Under the pieces are notes generated by a model. The model saw nothing but the letters and a program-made list of their open reading frames with translations. It made no database searches and had not been told where the DNA came from. This document shows, piece after piece, positions 57,980-64,000 of a DNA stretch of 64,000 nt; position 1 is the first letter of the stretch, and every line of letters begins with the position of its first letter. A program made the position numbers and the translations under genes. Source of the DNA: Eledone cirrhosa (lineage: Eukaryota); assembly GCA_964016885.1 (NCBI GenBank), contig OZ024763.1, forward strand, positions 26,536,001-26,600,000. The letters run 5' to 3'.

Positions 57980-58400
57980 AATTCAAAATATTAATAAATG
58001 TAGACATACACGTAATCAAAATATATTTTTTATTATATATATTTCGGAGGTACTGTGCTGTTTTTTCAGTACGTCTTCATCAGATAAAATGTATAAATTG
58101 ATGTATGACATACCTCAACAGTGCTGATGGTTCAATTTCAGTTTTGGCAAAACTGGAATTGAACCATCAGCACAGTTGAGGTATGTCATACATCAATTTA
58201 TACATTTTATCTGATGAGGACGTACTGAAAACACAGCACAGTACCTCCGAAATATATATAATAAAAAATATATTTTGATTACGTGTATGTCTACATTTAT
58301 TAATATTTTGAATTAATATTAATAACTCCAGAAAACTTAGTGTTGAGTGCTTCTAATCTATTGTAAAACTATATTCATTGATTAATCAATGGACCTTGTT
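57980..58400. mobile_element. Non-autonomous Penelope-like element, family B: ~330-bp palindrome plus tail
   Basis: Arms about 57980-58145 and 58147-58313; tail contains gttgagtgcttc. Related copies at 54285-54690, 56012-56445, 39945-40150, 46090-46330 and 20770-20930. Confidence 0.7.
58205..58266 (+). ncRNA. Hammerhead ribozyme motif, family B (mirror copy on minus strand at 58028-58089)
   Basis: ttttat CTGATGA GGAcGTACTGaaaacacagcaCAGTACcTCC GAAA tatatata ataaaa. Confidence 0.72.
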
Positions 58401-59464
58401 TAACTTTTGGTTTTATATATATATATATATATATACATATATTGGCAACATGACCCTCCCAAAGTATAACTATATATATCTACTACCCCAAGTATCGAGT
58501 ACTCTGGTGAATAATGGTCGAAGGAGAGAGAGAGTGTGTGTGCGTATGAGAGAGAAAGCGTGTGTGTATGTGTGTGAGAGAGGGAGAGTGTATGTGTGAG
58601 AGAGAGAGAGAAGGAGAGATGGGTGTTTGTGTGTGTGTGAGACAGAGAGAGTCTGTGTGTTTGTGAGAGAGAGTGTGTATGTGTGTAAGACAAAGTATGT
58701 GTGTATATACACGAGATCTCGGAAAGAATGACATTTATAAAAATTAAAATGAAATTTAAATGTCATTTAAATTATCAATGTATTTGGTTCAGGGAATTCA
58801 AATATCAAAGAATTATCTAAAGTCGTTATTTATTTATTTATCTATCTATCTATTTATTTGTTCTTCCTTTCATCTTGAATTTCTGCTATTTACGCGAGAT
58901 TTCGATTTCTGAATGTGACTTGTAAGGGAATGATTTTTTCGCCTTTCTGCCGATAATCTTGTAAAAATTCAATTTATCGTATACAACGTTTATGCTTCGC
59001 CTGACCCGATCTAACGATCTCAGACGTCATATAAAACGAGATATTGATTTTAAAGGAGATTATTAAGAAGCGATATTGTAGTGTGGTGTGTTGTGTGACA
59101 ACAAACAGAATCAAGAGAGAAGGGTGGGTTGTTTATATCATTCTTCGGTGTGTGTTTATATATATATAGATAGATATTAAAATAACAGATTAAAGTTTAA
59201 GCAAAGAATCGCTGCTTTCACCCTTAATAGGATCTTCAGAAACTCCTATATATATTATAAAGAGTCGGGACTCGACAGTTGAGCTCTTGCCGTTTCAACA
59301 GCTAGTTCCAGTCGTCGGGTCCCGACTGTTTATAATCTAACGAAACTCTACTATCTTAAGTATCGAGTACTCGGTTGAGTAAATGGTCTAACTAGTTACA
59401 AACCGAATCCATACTGATATATATATATATATATATATATTAATGAAAATATATTTACAGGTTT

Positions 59465-59990
59465 CTTCTTGGCCCACTTATACATGGAAGGGACGTGGGG
59501 ACAGAGTTCTCAAACACTCCTTCCAACGGGTCCTGTAAGAAGCAACACTCTCCAATTGATCCGACTGGATCACCAACTCAGACCAGCCGCGTTCATGGAA
59601 GTTATCCAACCATCTTGCTTTGAGTCTACTCTGGGTCTCCTCCCGGTTGGTTTTGTCCGTAAAATCTGTCCAGCGATTCTTTCCACCTATCCGTAGTATT
59701 GGAGCTGTGATCGCTCAATTCGGAGAGGTAGCGGCTCTAATTGGATCGACTCCCTGATCTCCGAACTACGAACATCCTTCGAGTAACGTTACCCCAAAGA
59801 CACTTCGGAGGAACCACATTTCAATCTTTTGTATTTCCGATTGTATTCGTAACCATAGGTAAGGGCTGGCCTGAATACCAAATTAAAGATAGCGAATTTG
59901 GCTTTTACACCCCCCCCCCCCTTCTTTTGACGACCGAATGCTGAAGCTGGTGCATTACTGCACCGGCTTCTGCAAATCTTGTATCTAACA
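59465..59990 (-). mobile_element. RTE-clade LINE 3' fragment (decayed)
   Basis: Minus-strand frames give FRPALTYGYE, SSEIRESIQLEPLPLRIERSQLQYYG, KPTGRRPR and ARWLDN, typical of the RTE ORF C-terminus; frameshifted. Confidence 0.8.
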
Positions 59991-60734
59991 GTCTTTCTTT
60001 CTTAAAAACAAAACGAAAAATGACCCAAGTTTGGGTGAGTTATTTCCCCTTGCATACCTTGTCAACAATTTGATGGTTTAGTCAACCTCCTGAAGAAAGA
60101 TAGTCACCATTAGTTTAATATATCACCTCTGATATATTATTTGAAGACGAAACACTCAGTATTGACTAATTAACATGTTAACTGTTACAGGACACACGCA
60201 AAAACAAACAAAATATATATATATATATATTATAGATAGATAGCTATAGACCCTAAGTATGGAAGGACATCGGACACATAATGGATATAATAAATATTTT
60301 AATTCTGGAAGTATATAATACGTACATATATGTGTGTGAAACTAATAAGGCTTTGTGTAGCCATTGACCGTGGTAAGCAGAAAGCACCAATAACTCCTTA
60401 AATTCTATAGAAACACTGATCAAGACAATATACAAAAAGAAAAATGATTAAATTAATAAACAAACTGTTTAAAACCACTTTAAAACGTTTATTTACATTA
60501 TGACTAAAAATATATCTCTGACATCCTTCCATACATACGTTTTGTGAACGGTCAATGTTTGGAAGCCATTTTTAATGTTTACGTTTGACATTCCACGTAG
60601 AGAACAGAAAGTTGGACAATTATTGTAAAATTGTAAATTAAATGAAAGAATGATTGCTGAAGCAAGGTAGGAAACCATTAACTAGTACATGTTTTATCGT
60701 AAAATAACAAAACTATAAACTAATAATAAGTTTT

Positions 60735-61380
60735 CGAGAAGAAAATATCGTGAAATGTTGTTTTTAAAATAATAATATTTACCTTGCCAATAATTGAAGC
60801 TGGTTCTTTTTGATTGGAGTTTCCTTTGAAGAAAATGTTTGAATTTAAATTTATGACATGTTGTAAGGTAAAAGAAACCTAAGTTGACAAGAAGGATATA
60901 TCAAATAATATTTCTTAACTAATATTATTTACCTTGCCAGTAATTGAAGCGGGTTCGTTGTTGTTTGAGGTTTGATTTGGAAGAACATGTTTCATTTAAA
61001 AGTTATAACAGGTGTTATAAATGTATGGCTTTGAAGGTAAAAGAAACCTACATTGACGAGCAGAAAATATCAATGTTGTTTTTTTAACTAATATCATTTA
61101 CCTTGTCATTAATTGAAACGGGCTCTTTCGTTGCTTTTTGAGGTTTCGTTTGGAAGAACATGTTTGAATTTGAAGAAAGTGTTTAAATTAAAATTTATGA
61201 CAGGTGTTGTAAATGTGTGACTTTGAAGGTAAACCCCCTATGTACTTTGACGAGAAGAAAATATCAAATAGTTTTGTTTTTTAACTAAAATTATTCACCT
61301 TGCCAATAATTGAGGCGAGTTCGTTTATAGGAACGTGTTTCAGTATAGATTTATGACAGGAGCTGTAAATGTATGACTGA
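60735..61380. repeat. Degenerate ~150-200-bp tandem repeat, about 4 units
   Basis: taatattattttaccttgccaataattgaagc...ggaagaacatgtt...aaggtaaaagaaacc recurs. Confidence 0.75.
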
Positions 61381-62199
61381 AGTTAAAATTTATGTTGTTC
61401 TTGTGTGAGCTTTATTTTTGTATGTGTTTTGAGCATATCTGATGTTAGAAACTGTTGGAAAATTTATTGGGTTTGTTTGTTTGATGTTTTTTTTTTTTCA
61501 ATTAATTGTGCAATAAGTGCTAGTGTTGCCGTGTTTAACACTTCGTGCAATTTCGTGACCCGAATAATTGCTTTATATTAACATGTAGGGATGTATATGT
61601 ATATACTTATCATCCAATTGGTATCAGCGTGAACTGCAGAGAAAATGTATAAATAAATTGAATGCCGTGTATATGTATACACAAACACACATAATATATA
61701 CATATAAATACACACACACACATATATATAAATACACACACACACACACACATATATATAAATACACACACACACATATATATATACACACACACACATA
61801 CATACATATATATATATATATATGCACATACATCCTCATCATCATCGTTTAACGTCTATCTTCCACGCTAGCATGGGTTAGACGGGAATTGTCCCACTTG
61901 AGGCAAGATTTGGTCGGGTGACCGTGCCTCTCTCTTATAAGACTGTTTATGGCTGGTTTTCTACGGCTGGATGCCCGTCCTAACACCAATCACATTTACA
62001 GTGTGGACTGGGAGCCTTTTTGTCCTGACACCTGCACGACCTCTTTAGTGTGGACTGGACGTTCTGTAGTACTTTATTTTATCGACCTCAGAAGGATGAA
62101 AGGGATATGAACTCAGAAAATAAAGAACTGGAACAAATAAATACTGCTCAGTGTTTTGCCGAGTGCTGCATAGGTGCAATGAAACTCAGTGCTGTGAAA

Positions 62200-62800
62200 C
62201 AAGACATTTGTTCTCTCAAGGAAACCTGCGCAGTGCACGCTACATGTGAATAGAGTTCTATTGAAGCAGGTGGAGAAGTTCAAGTATTTCGGGGCTGTGT
62301 TCATGAGTGATGGAAGGCAGGAGGCTGAATGAATTAAATGCAAGAATTTCAGGAATTGGTGCAGTAGTGTGCGTGCTTTAGCATTCAATAATCAGAAGAA
62401 GGAAGGTAGGTGTAAATGCCAAACTTTACCTTACCAATGGTCATGAATCTTGGGTAATGACTAAAAGAATACAATCGCGAATACAAGTGGCCGAAATGGG
62501 GTTCCTCAGAATGGTATTTGGACTAACATTACTTGATAGAGTGCGTAACTCAGATATCAAAGAGTTACTCCAGATAGAGCCCCTACTTCTCCAGATTCGC
62601 AGATCACAGCTCCAATACTATGGGCAAGTGATTAGAAACCCGAGCAACATGGTTGGATAACATCCATGAGCTCGGTTGGTCTAACTGGGGATCCAGCCAG
62701 ATCAGTTGGAGAGAATTGTTTCTGACAGGACTCACTGGAAGGAGTGTTTGAGGACTCTTCCCTCATGACCCTTTCAGGAATAAGTGGATGAAGAAGACTG
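62200..62800 (+). mobile_element. RTE-clade LINE 3' fragment (decayed)
   Basis: LKQVEKFKYFG and GHESWVMTKRIQSRIQVAEMGFLRMVFGLTLLDRVRNSDIKELLQIEPLLLQIRRSQLQYYG; homologous to 59465-59990 in opposite orientation. Confidence 0.85.
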
Positions 62801-63037
62801 ATAAATATACTGGTTGTCTGCTCAATACAAAGCTTAACTCCAGTGTACATGATACTCAGTTCAGGCATGAGATCTTATGTGGCTTTTTAGACCAGACATA
62901 CTTTTAAAAAGATGTCCACTTAAATATCACATTAGTTTTGGAGCAGCTTGAACTGCCTGTGGTGTCTGATCTTGATGAACATTGAAATATTTCTTTAGAC
63001 CTGCTTTAGATTTACAGATATTGTAGCATATGTTACT

Positions 63038-63384
63038 GGAGGCACATGGCTTAGTGGTTAGAGAATTGGCCTTGCAATCGAAAGGTTGTGAGTTCAATTC
63101 TCAGACCGGGTGATGTGTTGTTTCCTTGTGCAAGACACTTTATTTCACATTGCTCCAGTTTACTCAGCTGTAGAAATGAGATGATAGGGACTGGGGTCCC
63201 TATCATTCCACTGTAAAGTGGTCGTGGAGGTGTCACGGCAAAAAAGCACCCAGCATTCACTGTAAATGAGGTTGGTGTTAGGAAGGGCATCCAGCTGTAG
63301 AAATCAAGCCAGAATCAGTTCCCGTCCCACCCTTGCAAGCAGGGAAAAAGCGGACGTAAAATGATGATGATGATGATGATGATG
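63038..63384 (+). mobile_element. tRNA-derived SINE, family 2 (CORE-like domain, (ATG)n tail)
   Basis: TGGCTTAGTGG A box, GAGTTCAATTC B box, CCTTGTGCAAGACACTTT CORE-like segment, GGAAGGGCATCCAGCTGTAGAAA, (atg)n tail. Fragments at 6282-6660(-), 8690-8938(+), 9847-10005(-), 11285-11390(+) and 61836-62050(-). Confidence 0.8.
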
Positions 63385-63649
63385 TTACATTGATAAGGGT
63401 GAACTAGTTTGTATGTTCTATAGTCAGTAGAGAGTACCCTATTGTGCCTCTTATATGAGATTTAAGTCCAGCTTCTTACAGGTATATCCTGCCACAAACT
63501 ATGCAAGTACATATAGAGAAAGTTCCATCGTTCCATAAATTTCATATTCCCTTTGTGGCTGTTGTTTCATTTTTTTCTTATATCCCTCTTAATATTTACT
63601 TGGATTAGCCTGTCTTGCTCAAAGGTTTTCACGCAACCTTATATTGTTG

Positions 63650-63990
63650 AACACCTGGTAGAGCAATCCAAGTTCTGGGGTCAATACATACATTCTTCAA
63701 ATTCTTTTTCAATGCATCCTTGAACATTTTCTTTGGGTTACACTGTTACCTTATTTCCTAAACAAGTTCCCCATACAACAGTTGCTTAGGGATATACTTA
63801 TCAGCCATGCAGACAATATGTTCAGACCATCACAGTTTGTTTTTCAAAATGATTTCCTAGATTAACAAATACCAGATACAGCTAGAAGATCAGAGTCAAG
63901 AGTGAATGAATTCCATTTTATTTTCAGAATATGGCATAAGCATTTTTGATGAAATTGTTCCAGTAGTTTAAAGTGATATTTGTAACACAT
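63650..63990 (-). mobile_element. Second RTE-type LINE fragment (decayed)
   Basis: Minus strand: L*WSEHIVCMADKYIPKQLLYGEL...PKKMFKDALKK, matching the RTE motif LRWxGHVxRM...PKQLLYGEL. Confidence 0.75.
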
Positions 63991-64000
63991 CCAAGTTTCA

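Noticed and set aside
63038-63110. tRNA-like A/B boxes here and in SINE1 heads
   Set aside because: No complete cloverleaf and continuous with SINE bodies; not tRNA genes.

Overview
AT-rich, microsatellite-saturated animal genomic DNA; the SINE and repeat content suggests an octopod cephalopod (inference). Nearly all listed ORFs are microsatellite artefacts. Two coding exons are supported: an 83-nt first coding exon of a SPEN/split-ends-like gene on the minus strand (32560-32642, absent from the ORF track) and, divergent from it, the first coding exon of a metal-dependent amidohydrolase (Atu3266/dihydroorotase-like deacetylase) on the plus strand (52817-53465). The rest is intron/intergenic DNA with tRNA-derived SINEs (including a 4-copy tandem array), RTE-clade LINE fragments, hAT, Tc1/mariner, TTAA and Helitron non-autonomous elements, and minisatellites. 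The main unannotated signal is about 20 hammerhead-ribozyme cores (CUGAnGA...GAAA...NUH) in several sequence families. They lie mostly in short non-coding elements that form long palindromes, sit inside (TA)n tracts and share a TTGAGTRC-like tail motif, consistent with non-autonomous, TA-targeting Penelope-like retroelements. All analysis was by eye; coordinates of degenerate repeats are approximate.
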